Shown piece by piece: positions 14,263-26,580 of a stretch of DNA of 64,000 bases (positions are counted from its first letter, which is position 1; the number at the start of each line of letters is the position of its first letter). Below the pieces are notes generated by a model. That model did not search any database and was not told the origin of the DNA. It saw only the letters and a program-made list of their open reading frames with translations. The stretch comes from Eledone cirrhosa (Eukaryota), in the NCBI GenBank assembly GCA_964016885.1, contig OZ024742.1, forward strand, positions 198,648,001-198,712,000. The letters run 5' to 3'. Both the position numbers and the translations under genes were made by a program.

Positions 14263-14587
14263 CATATATATACATATATATATATATACATATATATACA
14301 TATATATATATATACATATATATACATATATATATATATACATATATATACATATATATATATACCTATATATATATATACATATATATACATATATATA
14401 CATATACATATATATACATATATATATATATACCTATATATATATATATACATATATATACATATATATACATATACATATATATACATACATATACATA
14501 TATAAACATATATATACATATACATATATATACATATATATACATATATATATATACATATATATACATATATATACATATATATAC

Positions 14588-14620
<33 letters not shown>

Positions 14621-15311
14621 GACAGTCGATCGACTTTCGTCAAATCGGACCGAGGAAACAATGTTTCCGTTGGTCTTTCCAATTGCTAGTACTATCTATC
14701 GGTCGCAACTCCAGGTAGAAGGAGCAACATGAAATAAAGTGTCTTGCTCAAGGACATAACGCATCACCCGGTCCAGGAATCGAACTTACAACCTCACGAT
14801 TAGGAATCCAATTCTCTAACCAATCGGCCACACGCCTTATATATATATATACATATATATATATATACATATATATATTCTCAGACCAGGTGATGTGTTG
14901 TTTCCTTGAGCAAGACACTTTATTTCACATTGCTCCAGTTTGCTCAGCTGTAGAAATGAGATGATAGGGACTAGGGTCCATATCATTCCACTGCAAAGTG
15001 GTCGTGGAGGTGCCACGGCAAAAAAGCACCCAGCACTCACTGTAAATGAGGTTGGTGTTAGGAAGGGCATCCAGCTGTAGAAAACCCGCCAGACAGTCCA
15101 CGCTGTAATGTGGCCGTGTAGGCAACACGGTAAAAACCTCCCAGCCCCACACTGTAAATGTGGTTGGTGTTAGGAAGGGCATCCAACTGTAGAAAACCCG
15201 CCAGACAGTCCTATGCGAGCAAGACAACCACTCTAGCCTCAAGTGGGAAAACTCCCGTCCAAACCCATGCAAGCGTGGAACATGGACGTTAAACGATGAT
15301 GATGATGATAC

Positions 15312-15354
<43 letters not shown>

Positions 15355-15355
15355 C

Positions 15356-15390
<35 letters not shown>

Positions 15391-15758
15391 CGTATGTATA
15401 TATATATATATATATTGGTAAACGGAATAGAAAATGCTGACAAATTGTTCACAGTTGAAAAATGGTTTAATTAGGAATAAAAGAGTATTAGTGATTGTAT
15501 TCAGTTGTGGTTTTAAGTTTTTAAGTTTTTACCGGTTGCGCATTTCTTAATGCTTTTCAAAAATAATTTTGAGATAGAGTGTCCGTGCTGTTTGCTCTGA
15601 TCTGATTAGTTTTGGGAATTCTACCTGTTTTTATGTTAAAAAAGTGGCTCCAATTTGCAAAAATTCTTGTGGTCAAAACAATTTTGATTGGTCGGTAGAG
15701 GTATATATATATATATATATAATATATAAGAACAAAAGATGGTTAAAGGAGTTCCATG

Positions 15759-15829
15759 TATTTTATTATGCGCATTTCAAAAACAAATATCATCATGCAA
15801 TAATATTTGTGTTTTCATCAGATAAAACA
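15759..15829 (-). ncRNA. Type I hammerhead ribozyme (antisense arm copy)
   Basis: Reverse complement of 15955-16025. Confidence 0.8.
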
Positions 15830-15954
15830 GGAGGACATGATATGAAGGCTAAAAAACACTTGTGGATAGTTCAGTTTTAAATCAACATATATGTTGATTT
15901 AAAACTAAACTGAACTATCCGCAAGTGTTTTTTAGCCTTCATATCATGTCCTCC

Positions 15955-16025
15955 TGTTTTATCTGATGAAAACACAAATATTATTGCATGATGATATTTG
16001 TTTTTGAAATGCGCATAATAAAATA
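15955..16025 (+). ncRNA. Type I hammerhead ribozyme
   Basis: Stem I tgttttat/ataaaata; CTGATGA (15963); stem II aaacacaaatat...atatttgttttt; GAAA (16006); palindromic TGCGCA; UA cleavage site. Confidence 0.8.
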
Positions 16026-16528
16026 CATGGAACTCCTTTAACCATCTTTTGTTCTTATATATTATGTATACTCCAGTCCTACAAACTGTAGAGTGTTTCT
16101 TATCCGATATCTGCATTGCTTTATTGTACTACAATAAAACTCACCTCCTACATATATATATATATATATATATATACGTATATATATTTACACATATATA
16201 TATAAACGGAAAAAATGAAACAAAATTTCATTTCTCACTCTTAGTACGGCTGTTACTTAAATATAAGTATGTATACGTACATACATATATGCATACAGAC
16301 ATACAGTAGTATATATATATATATACATACATGCACACATATATATATGTACGTATGGATTCACCGAACATTTATTATAATGCTCGGTGTGTTCGTAAAC
16401 AAACATCCCGAATTAAGCCGTACAGTGTCTAGCAACCATCGTTGCTCATTTGTTTTAAACAAGGAGGCCATGGGTTTAGCATAGTGTGAGTGGAGAATTT
16501 GGGCTCTCTCGTCTATAGTGTATATACA

Positions 16529-17454
16529 CACTATGCTAAACCCATGGCCTCCAAATACCTGATACTCAAAAACTCAGCAATGTCCAGTAGTGCTAAGTTT
16601 AATATTCTGATCGCAGATTTGGTACGAGTGATGAAGAATATGTCCCGCATGTGCGACCCAACAGAAATGGAAAGACACATCCAACACTTCATCAACCACA
16701 TGCAATTCTCTGGCTACAACCAAAGAGACAGAGTCAGAGTATACGAAGGAGCCATGGAGAAGTATAAGACCCTCATAGAACTGGACATGAAAGGAATTTG
16801 CCCATTATACAGGAGCAAATCATGGAATAGCTTAGATAGGGCTAGACGTAAGATAGGGAAAGCCACATCATGGTACGACAACCAGAGATACCAGAGTGTC
16901 ATGCTTGTGGACGCTACCCCTGGAGGGAAATTAGCTAACCAGTGTAGAAAGGCCCTGAGAAAGACCCACTTAAAAATTAAGGTGGTAGAAAAGCCAGGAA
17001 CCACCATAAAATCCCTGATCAGCAAAACCTACCCTTTTAAGAAAACCCACTGTACCAATAGGAAATGTATCATATATAAGGTAAACCCCCAGATAAACTG
17101 TAAAACTAGAAACGTAGTCTATAGCATAAGATGTACAGAGGGTACTTGCAGAAACATGACAACAACATACATAAGTGAGACAGCTCGTAGTATAGGTGAA
17201 AGGATAGACCAACACTGGGGGAACTAAAAGGACGAAAAAATGGGTCAGTACTATACGAACATGCTAGACAACAACATGACGGTAACATAGACAACATAGA
17301 AATTAGAATAATATCTAAACATAGAAATGACCCAGCAGATAGGCAAATCAGAGAGGCCAGTGAAATAGAAATTAGAAGACCAAGACTAAACAGAAAGAAT
17401 GAATGGAATAACAACAACACCCAAACAAACAACACTGACCTAAGAGAAGTATAA
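16529..17454 (+). pseudogene. PLE polyprotein C-terminus (RT thumb, Cys-rich linker, GIY-YIG endonuclease) with one frameshift
   Basis: YAKPMAS...MQFSGY...DATPGGKLA...KVVEKPGTTIKSL...C...C...NVVYSIRC...C...YISETARSIGER..QH. After a 1-nt loss in the G run at 17217-17221 the reading continues ...SVLYEHARQQH...RQIREASEI...PRLNRKNEW to a stop at 17452-17454. Confidence 0.85.
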
Positions 17455-17693
17455 ATAAGTAAATAAAATAAAATAAATAAATAAATAAATACATACACAA
17501 GCACAATAACAACAAGCACATAAACACACACTAGTCATCCATCACACAGCAAACAAAACACTATACACACACGCAAACGCATGCGCAAAGAAGACAAAAT
17601 AAAATAAACAAACAAGCAAATAAATAAATAAATATATAGACAGACTGAATAAAAATGGCGTAGACATACAATACAACAGGAGGAAAAGATAGC

Positions 17694-17735
17694 ATCACTG
17701 ACGATGTTGCAGATGTGCAACGAAAGATTTATGAT
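17694..17735 (+). ncRNA. Minimal type I hammerhead ribozyme in the PLE pLTR
   Basis: atca-CTGACGA-t-gttgca(gatg)tgcaac-GAAA-gatt-TA-tgat. Minimal HHRs are an established feature of PLE pLTRs. Confidence 0.8.
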
Positions 17736-18049
17736 AAACTATATATATGTGTTTGTGTCTATATTGTATCTGTATTATTTTTGTCACAAGTCCGTGATAT
17801 CTATGAACTTAAGCTCGGTGAAATCATAGATGAGAGGTAAAGACTATCCTCGCTCGCTTCACCCTATTTTACGTGTCCCAATAACTTTCTTTAGTTATTG
17901 CTCGCACCAACCAGAGGTATTTGATCTTTAAAGTGAAGAAATACCAATGAAGGTTGGAAGATCACTGATGAAGGACTAATTTTATATATATATAGATATG
18001 AATTACATCAATTACAACAATTCCACTGACAATATAGCAAATAATAATA

Positions 18050-18710
18050 ATAATGGTTTCTGATTTAGGTACAGGGCCAACAATTTTGTGGAATTGAAAA
18101 TTCAATTAAATTGATACCAGTGCATTACTGGTACTTTATTTTATTGACACCATAAAGATGAAAGGCAAAGTTAACCTTCATGGGATTTGAACACTGAACA
18201 AAAAGGGATGTAACTATATTCCATAATAATTGTTTATGATTAGGCACAAGGCCAACAATTTTGAAGGAGAGGAGAAAGTCAATTAAATCGACCACTGTAC
18301 TTGATTGGTATTTTATTTTATCAACCCTGGAAGGATGAGAGGCAAAGTTGACCTCAGCAGGATTTGAACTCAAAATGTAAAGGACCATAACTAGATGTTT
18401 CAAAGTACTTTGCCCAACTCTCAATGATTCTGCCAATCCCTAGAATAATATTACCAGTTTTTAATATAAGCACAAGGCCAGCAATGTAATTTTAGTGAGG
18501 TGGGGTAACAATCAATAATATTGACCCCACTACCTGACTGGTATTTTATATTATCAATTAAGGTAGGATGCAAGGTAAAGTTGACTTTGAACAGAGAAGA
18601 AATCAGAATGAAATGACCTACAACAGATACCACAAAGTCTTTTGTCCAATGCTTTGACAATTCTACCAATCCACTGTTTATAATAATAATGGTTTCTATT
18701 TTAGACACAG
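18050..18710 (-). mobile_element. Cluster of degenerate family B (Nin/Deu-like) SINEs
   Basis: Three successive copies of ctggtactttattttat..accc...ggatgaaaggcaaagtt.acct...ggatttgaact. Confidence 0.75.
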
Positions 18711-19973
18711 GGCTCTATTCACGAACGATGGAAGGCAGGAGGCTGAATTAAGTACAATAATTGCAAAAGCTGGTGCAATAATGCCCCCGTTTCAGAGTTC
18801 GGTAATTAGAAGAAGGGAGGTAGGTGTAAAAGCCAAACTTCAAAAGCTATCTTCAATTTGGTATTCATGCCAACCCATGGGCATGAAGCTTGGGTAATGA
18901 CCTAAAGAATACGATCACGAATACAAGTGGCCGAAATGGGGGTTCCTTTGAAGGGTCTCTGGAGTAATGTTACTCAATAGAGTATGGGTATGTAGTTAGA
19001 ATGTCTCAGGAAAGAATCCCTGGACAAATTTTACAGGCAAAACCAACTGGCAGGAGACCCAGGGGCAGACTCTGAGCAAGAAGGTTGAATAACATCCATG
19101 AGCTTGACTGGTCACACTTGAAGATCGAACTGGATCAGTTGTAAGATGGCTGTTTCTGACAGGACTTGCTGGAAGGGGTGCTAGAGGACTCTGCCCCCAC
19201 GACCCTCTCAGGAATATGTGGTCCAGGAAGAAGAAGATCTATTTTTCACTACCTCTTTATCACTCTCCCTCTCTCTTGAAGAAATCAGTCATGTTTTGAC
19301 CTAGGTTTAAAAAATGCCCAAGTTTCTCACCACAACTCCATCAAGAGTTTTTGGTCCACACATACATCCAATTACAAGAATGTTTTGGTAGTTTTAATTA
19401 ACATTTATAAAGTTTGTTCAAAGTCTCCAAAGGTTACTTAATGACAAAGCTATCAGAATATTTCATCAGTACTTCATTGTTTTCAAGCCAATAAAGAAAC
19501 CATGACAGAAATAGCAGTCAAATCTCCATTAAACCATACACAGCTGTTATTAAAAAAAAAAAAGGAAGGCATTTTTGATAATGTACTTCTAGATATACTA
19601 TATCCAATAAAAAAAAAAACAGCACGGACTCATACTGCTACTCTTAGGTCCCAAATAATGGGGGGAGATATAAGTGGGAGGAAGGGGTGGAAAATTGGTA
19701 ATTTTTCTAGATTGTTCAGTTGATTTTTTTTTTTTTAAACCAGAATTAGTCGCTTAGTTTACATATTGAAACTCTGACCCCATTAATATATAAGGACTCT
19801 TGATCTACCTATGTTGATAGGGTTCTTTTTTAATTTTCACAATATTTAATAGACCCACAAATTAATTATTTTTGCTATCATAAATATGCAAAGGCCCTAA
19901 TTAAACTTTCTGTAAAGGTCTCCAAGCAAGGTTGATCCACCCATGTTGATGTACTTTTTAAAAATTTCCATTC

Positions 19974-20965
19974 TGCTAAATTCACTCACAAGGCATTGGT
20001 CTGTCTATGGCTAGAGTTGAAAACACTTGTCCAAAGTTCCACAGTGAAATAGAAGCCAAACCTCTTAACCATACAACCATGCATGCCTACATCTAATCAG
20101 AAACTCTAGTCTGCTTACTCACAATACCTTTCTTAGCTGACAACAATGATAAAAACAACAACAGTAAAAACTACAGCTAGTATTACAATCAAAACCTGTT
20201 TCAACTTGTCTGGAGTGTCAGAATTGTTATAAACCTAGGCTGAATTCTTCAAAGAAAATTCTAGAGACCAAAATACAAGCAACAATCTCTACCAACAAAA
20301 ACTAGGTAATAGTGTAGGTGGTTACTATAGTTGCTATAAGTAGCAGTCAGATCTCCTTGAAACAACACCATATTGTCTTTCAAACCTTTCGTTACCATAT
20401 TTCTAATGAAAGGCACCAGCTATGGGTTTCAATAATTAATTTTTTAAATAATCAAAGATTGAGAGGGATTGCTAAATTCACTCACAAGGCATTGGTCTGT
20501 CTATGGCTAGAGTAGAAAACACTTGTCCAAAGTTCCACAGTGAAATAGAAGCCAAACCTCTTAACCATACAACCATGCATGCCTACATCTAATCAGAAAC
20601 TCTAGTCTGCTTACTCACAATACCTTTCTTAGCTGACAACAATGATAAAAACAACAACAGTAAAAACTACAGCTAGTATTACAATCAAAACCTGTTTCAA
20701 CTTGTCTGGAGTGTCAGAATTGTTATAAACCTAGGCTGAATTCTTCAAAGAAAATTCTAGAGACCAAAAAACAAGCAACAATCTCTACCAACAAAAACTA
20801 GGTAATAGTGTAGGTGGTTACTATAGTTGCTATAAGTAGCAGTCAGATCTCCTTGAAACAACACCATATTGTCTTTCAAACCTTTCGTTACCATATTTCT
20901 AATGAAAGGCACCGGCTATGGGTTTCAATAATTAATTTTTTAAATAATCAAAGATTGAGAGGGAT
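19974..20965. repeat. 496-bp tandem duplication (2 copies)
   Basis: 19974-20469 recurs at 20470-20965; I see only three substitutions. Confidence 0.95.
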
Positions 20966-21844
20966 TTGGTAGAATAACCAACTCTTTCATTAGCATATAT
21001 AGAACTCCCATCATGAAAGAAGTTTTGCCTTTTATTTGTAAATAGATGATATGGAATATCTGAGAGTCATTACAAAATGTTGCATTTGAAAATTGAAACA
21101 AGTTCACAACTCTTCGAACGTGCTCTGTTTTTACTGGTTTATATCATATTCTTTGCTTGATCAAGTTGGAGTCACCATTTTGTAAAGTATAAATGTTATA
21201 TTAAATAAAATATATTGCAATACAAAAGCAGTTAGTACAAGTGTGTATCAGTTAAATGTCAAAAATGTAGTTTTCCCCTTTCATACATTTTTTTGATACA
21301 TTGATAGATATGTTACAAAACACAAACACACTTGTGGGTCTTGAATAATTGTCCACTTTCCCCACTTGTTAATTTTTCAGATCTGTCTCCCCTTTCTCCC
21401 GCCACGCTTATTAAATTTTGCAAATCTATCTCTGGTGAAATTTAATTTTAATTTTATTTATACATTAAAAACGTTATACAAGACAAAAAAAAAAATACAT
21501 TACGAGAAATCCCATACGTTATAAAATAAATAACATGGGTTTGGGCCTTAACAATTCTGGTTTTTAAAAAAAAATCAACAGAGACAGCCTAGAAAAAATG
21601 TCCAACCCCATCTATTATTTGGGACCCAAAAATACATATACACACACATAGTATATGTCCATTATACTTTGTGGAGTTGAGTGGAGGGTGGGGGCTTATA
21701 TTTTTCAGAATCTAAAGTAATTCAAGACCAGAAATACTAAATATACCTTGGCAGGTGATTTAACTTAATTATATTTCTAACATTCAGTCAACAACAACAA
21801 CACAATGAATGGAAGTAAACTTGTGACAGTGGCAGGGTTAGGGA

Positions 21845-22400
21845 ATGTGGTAGGGTGGTGTAGTGAGGTGGAGGGTGGTGTAGTGTGGTGGAGGGTGGTA
21901 TAGTGTGGTGGAGGGTGGTATAGTGTGGTGGAGGGTGGTATAGTGTGGTGGAGGGTGGGGTAGTGTGGTGGAGGGTGGGGTAGTGTGGTGGAGGGTGGGG
22001 TAGTGTGGTGGAGGGTGGTGTAGTGTGGTGGTGGGTGGTGTATGGTGGTGGAGGGTGGGGTAGTGTGGTTGAGGGTGGGGTAGTGTAGTGGAGGGTGGGG
22101 TAGTATGGTGGAGGGTGGTTCAGTGTAGTGAGGTAGAGGGTGGTGTGAAACAGGGGTATGTAGTGAGGGTGGAGAGTGAGACAAGGTGGTGTAGTGAAAC
22201 CAAAAGGGTGTGTGTGTGTGACAAGGTGGCAGAATAAGACAGGGGAAGGAGGAGGTAGATATGGCGGTATGAGAGTGGAGAGGGAGGAAGAGTTGTGTAG
22301 TGAGATACAGGGGGAAGTGGAGGGTGTAGGGTGGTATAGTGAGACAGGTGGAGGGGTGGTATAGTGAGAGAGGGGGAGGGCAGTGGTACATTGAGAGGTG
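21845..22400. repeat. G-rich 20-bp minisatellite
   Basis: (tagtgtggtggagggtgggg)n, decaying towards 22400. Confidence 0.9.
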
Positions 22401-22601
22401 GAGGGGGGGGAGTATAAAATTGGACTAAATATTAAAGGAAATCTTTTGTCACAACTAACTTTCAACAACATAGAAAAGCCTACATAACATATATCACTAC
22501 CTATACATATATATATGGTAGTGCCCCAGCATGGCCTCAGCCTGACAGCTGGAACACATAACAGAGTAATATATATATATATAAATATATTTATATATAT
22601 A

Positions 22602-23716
22602 TCAGGGAAATGGCCTTGCTCAGTATGTAGGAAAGGTGTAGGTAGGAACTCCATTCTCTGCCCCAAATGCAAACAATGGGTACACAAGAGATGTAGCGGG
22701 ATCTCAGGAAGCTTAATTAAGAATGTAGGATTCCCATGCAGCAGCTGTGCTGAAACAGCAAGCAGCAAACAGCCACAGGAAACAAGTACCACCAATCTCT
22801 GGGAGGGCCCTGTAGAAACAGTAGACAGCTTCTGCTACCTAGGTGACCGAATTAGCAACGGAGGTGGGTGTTCAGAAAGTACAATAACTAGGGTAAGAAC
22901 GGGATGGAAGAAGTTTAGGGAACTACTACCACTGCTAGCTGCAAAAGGCTTCTCCCTCAGAATGAAAGGCAGACTGTATGATGCGTGTATCCGAACAGCG
23001 ATGTTGCATGGTAGTGAGACATGGGCGCTGAAGGTGGAAGACTTACGTAGATTAGAGAGAAACGAAGCCTGCATGCTCCGATGGATGTGTAACAGTAATA
23101 TACGTGAACGACAAAGCATAAATGAATTGAGAGAGAGACTGAGCATAAGAGGAATCAAATGCTGTGTGCAGGAGAGGCGGTTGCGCTGGTATGGACATGT
23201 GATGCGTATGAAGGATGACAGCTGCATAAAAAGGTGCAGAACACTAGAAGTTGATGGAACCCGCGGAGTGGGGAGACCCAAGATGACCTGGGATGAGGTG
23301 ATAAAAGCCGACCTTACCCAATTACACCTCTCAAAGACAATGACACACGACCGTGACTTCTGGCGTCACGCAGTAATACAGAGTACCCGACCTCCCATGG
23401 GTACATGCTGAAGCATATAAACAATATGCCCCCACACCCCCCACCGCAAGGTGGTCGTGGAGGTGCCACGGCAAAAAAGCACCCAGCCCACACTGTAAAA
23501 TGGACGTGTAGGCGCCACGAAAAAGCACCCATCACTCACTGTAAATGAGGTTGGTGTTAGGAAGGGCATCCAGCTGTAGAAATCAAGCCAGATCAGTTCC
23601 TGTATGAGCAAGGCATGGTCAGCCGACCAGACACTGCACACAACAGGACAACCCGTCTAACCCATGCTAGCGTGGAAGAACGGACGTAAAACGGTGATGA
23701 TGATGATGATGATGAT
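22602..23716 (+). mobile_element. 5'-truncated RTE LINE with PHD-like finger; open frame to 23411, then 3' UTR
   Basis: KWPCSVCRKGVGRNSILCPKCKQWVHKRCSG...[33 protein letters not shown]; (gat)n tail. Confidence 0.92.
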
Positions 23717-23838
23717 CAGGAATTGATTGACAAGATATCAAACCTTATTCGCATATATATATAGAGAGAGATATACACACACATACATACATATATACAC
23801 ATATACACACACACATATATAGATACATATATATATAC

Positions 23839-24080
23839 ACACATACACATGCATATATCATCATTTTACATCCCTTGTTCCATGCTTGCATGGGTTGGAT
23901 GGGTCTTTTTCAACACAGCATCTCTCCATTTGTCGCATTCTTTCGTCATCTCCTCTGTGAGCTTCAGCTATACATAGCGGCTTATTCTTAGGTTGGAACT
24001 TCTCTTGTAGTTGTCTTGCTAAAAAGAGAGCATCTGTGGTGCTCATTCCTGGCATAAAACCGATCATGGCTTGCACTGCT
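23839..24080 (-). mobile_element. Internally deleted RTE fragment (RT piece joined to the 3' tail)
   Basis: GFMPGMSTTDALFLARQLQEKF joined to the ccaacccatgcaagcatggaa tail. A second RT piece is at 24372-24475. Confidence 0.7.
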
Positions 24081-24163
24081 CTCACAAGCCACTTTTTTTA
24101 CACCTAGTTTCCTTAGGGACCAAATGACAGATCAGGGCACTCTGTCAAAGGCTTCCTATAGAT

Positions 24164-24327
24164 CAGGCATGGGTAACATCTTTCAAGCAATGGGCCACAT
24201 AGGATGTGGCTTATCATAGGGTGGGCTACACTACTAAAAGATTCAAGACAATTTTTAAATTAAGTGTGCCATTCAGAAAGCCAAACAGGCCTAATGCAGC
24301 TTGCAGCTCACTGTTTGCCCATGACTG
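24164..24327. mobile_element. hAT (Charlie-like) MITE
   Basis: TIRs caggcatgggtaa / ttgcccatgactg; 8-bp TSD ctatagat / ctctagat. Confidence 0.7.
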
Positions 24328-24616
24328 CTCTAGATCAACAAAAGCTAGATATAGAAGCTTCTCTTAGATAGGAACTTCTCTTGTAGTTGTTTCACTAAAA
24401 AAGGGCATCTGTGTTGCTCATCCTTCACATAAAACTGAACTGCATCTCATCTAATCTGACTCGTTCCCTAACTGGTTATGCTAGAACTCCAGTCAAAATG
24501 TAGCTCTAGATTCTATGCCAGAGAGACAACAAATTTTAAGATTTAAAAACATATTTTTAAAGTGAATAGATGCATAAAAGACGCCAAAGAGTTCAATTAT
24601 CATTATCATCATCATT

Positions 24617-24805
24617 GGTGGATTGTCAGTATCGGTAGAGGGTCGGACGCCATGCTTTGACGCATAGAGTTACGGCCCTTGCCATTCTAAGTTCAAATCC
24701 CATCGAGGTTAACTTTGCCTTTCATCCTTACGGGGTCGATAAAATAAAGTACCAGTAATGTACTGGGTAATTGCTGGCCTTGTGCCTAAAGTAGAAACAA
24801 TTATT
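24617..24805 (+). mobile_element. SINE family B (tRNA head plus Nin/Deu-like domain)
   Basis: B-box gttcaaatcc followed by gaggttaactttgcctttcatccttacggggtcgataaaataaagtaccag. Confidence 0.85.
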
Positions 24806-24940
24806 TTTTTCCATGGTGTCATGGATTGACTGGGTTATCAGTCACAGACTAGACTGATCAGAGAACCACATCTAGCTCATACATTCTATAATGTCAGCCA
24901 ATTTGTAGACATACACTCACATAAACACACACATGCACTA

Positions 24941-24994
<54 letters not shown>

Positions 24995-26229
24995 GTAAAT
25001 CATCGTAATTGTCTTTCAACATCTGCTTTCCCTGCTATGGAGGGTTGGCCATAGAGAAAGGTGATGTTAAATAATGTGTGTCTGTGAATATATATACAGA
25101 TGAGCTGCTTGAAAAGGTACATTGGAAAGATAAGAAGTTATTTGTATGTGTGAAAACAATACATTCTTGTAAAAAGTATATAGAAAAAGATGGCGGATTG
25201 ATTAATTGTTGGATGATAAGAGAGGTTATCAAAGTAATTAATAAATGAAAACTGATAGAACAAGTGAAGGAGGCAGACAGCCAGAGTGGTTTACACTGTA
25301 GTCACCCAGAACAGTTGTCAAAACTGAAACATTCATCAACTATAAAATATCATGTGTTTGTATATTTATATCTACCTATCTGCAATTCTTAAAAATGTAC
25401 ATATAAACACATACATACAATGCATTTCCTATCTCAGTCATATTGCTACAGTAAGACGTTCACTTTCCAATCACAAGGTCCAGAGTTCTAACCCTTATTT
25501 GTCCCTATAAATAGTTATTTCTTCAAAGTTATTCATACATTTAATCATGTATATCATTTGCACATACATGCAAGATGGTGTAGGACAGAACAAAGGAGAG
25601 ACATAAAATAAGAAATTGGTCACTGAGGAGGTCACAGGACGTATGACAAAAAAGCTTTGAAAAAAAATAAACCACCATCGAGTTATTAAACCAACCAACA
25701 TAGAACCAGAGTTGGTTTTGGCTGGTTAGTAGTTTTTGGTGTTAGACTTATGATTACAATGTCATGGGTTTGATTCCTGGGCTGGGTTGTGAGTTGTATT
25801 CTAGAGAAAAACATTTCATGTTGCTCCAATATACTCAGCTGAAAATGTATACCAGCAATAGCCAGAGATTTAACTCAACGGTGGACTGGTGTCCTGTCTA
25901 GGGAGGAGGGAGGCTTGTACTCTCAGTTGCTTCATGGCACAAAACTGGGATAAGCATCGGCCTAACTAGCCTTCTGGCTTGAGACCTACTCCAGGACTAC
26001 AGTATCAAAATGATTAAAGGGATAGTGGGATGTAATTTCTGACAGATTTGGCTGCTATTTCCTGCCAGATAAATAACCACTTAGAGACTTCCTCTTTAGT
26101 TCATTGTCTATTGATTGTTATTGGGGAGGGGAACCAATATCAATGAAACAACATAATACAGGAAGGGAGAATGACATTGAGAAATACATGGAGATAACAC
26201 CTGCACTACTATAACAACTACACTACCCC

Positions 26230-26580
26230 AACTGTACTACAACCTCATCAACAGCTGCACATCAACAGCCACAACAACCTCAACAACTGCATATGAACAG
26301 CCAAAACAACCTCAACAACAGCTGCATCACAACTGCACTCCAACAGCCATAACTGCACATCAACAGCCAAAACAATCTCAACAACAGCTGCACCACAACT
26401 GCATATCAACAGCCAAAACAACCTCAACAACCGCGGCTGTACAACTGCATATCAACAGCCAAAACAACCTCAACACAGCTGAACTACAACTGCACATCAA
26501 CAGCTACAACAACCTCAACAACAGCCGTAACAACTGCTACCACTGAACTACATCAACAACCATAACAGCTGCATGACAAC
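26230..26580. repeat. ~45-bp AC-rich minisatellite
   Basis: Repeated acaactgcatatcaacagccaaaacaacctcaacaacagctgc. Confidence 0.85.

Larger units (their letters stand above)
15718..16065. mobile_element. ~350-bp near-perfect palindrome with an HHR on each arm
   Basis: The arms are reverse complements around a loopless apex atcaac-atatat-gttgat (15881-15898). It starts directly after a (TA)n tract. Confidence 0.9.
16465..17975 (+). mobile_element. 5'-truncated Penelope-like retroelement with 5' inversion and 3' pLTR
   Basis: RT-thumb/linker and GIY-YIG coding sequence, an inverted 25-bp 5' segment, an HHR in the 3' non-coding part, and TA-rich flanks. Confidence 0.85.

Noticed and set aside
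17455-17975. SECIS/selenocysteine recoding, as reported for some Naiad PLEs
   Set aside because: No in-frame TGA in the surviving ORF and no convincing SECIS fold seen.
17915-17978. Possible second HHR at the PLE 3' end
   Set aside because: tgatctt/aagatca-CTGATGA-aggac is truncated by the (TA) junction before any GAAA.
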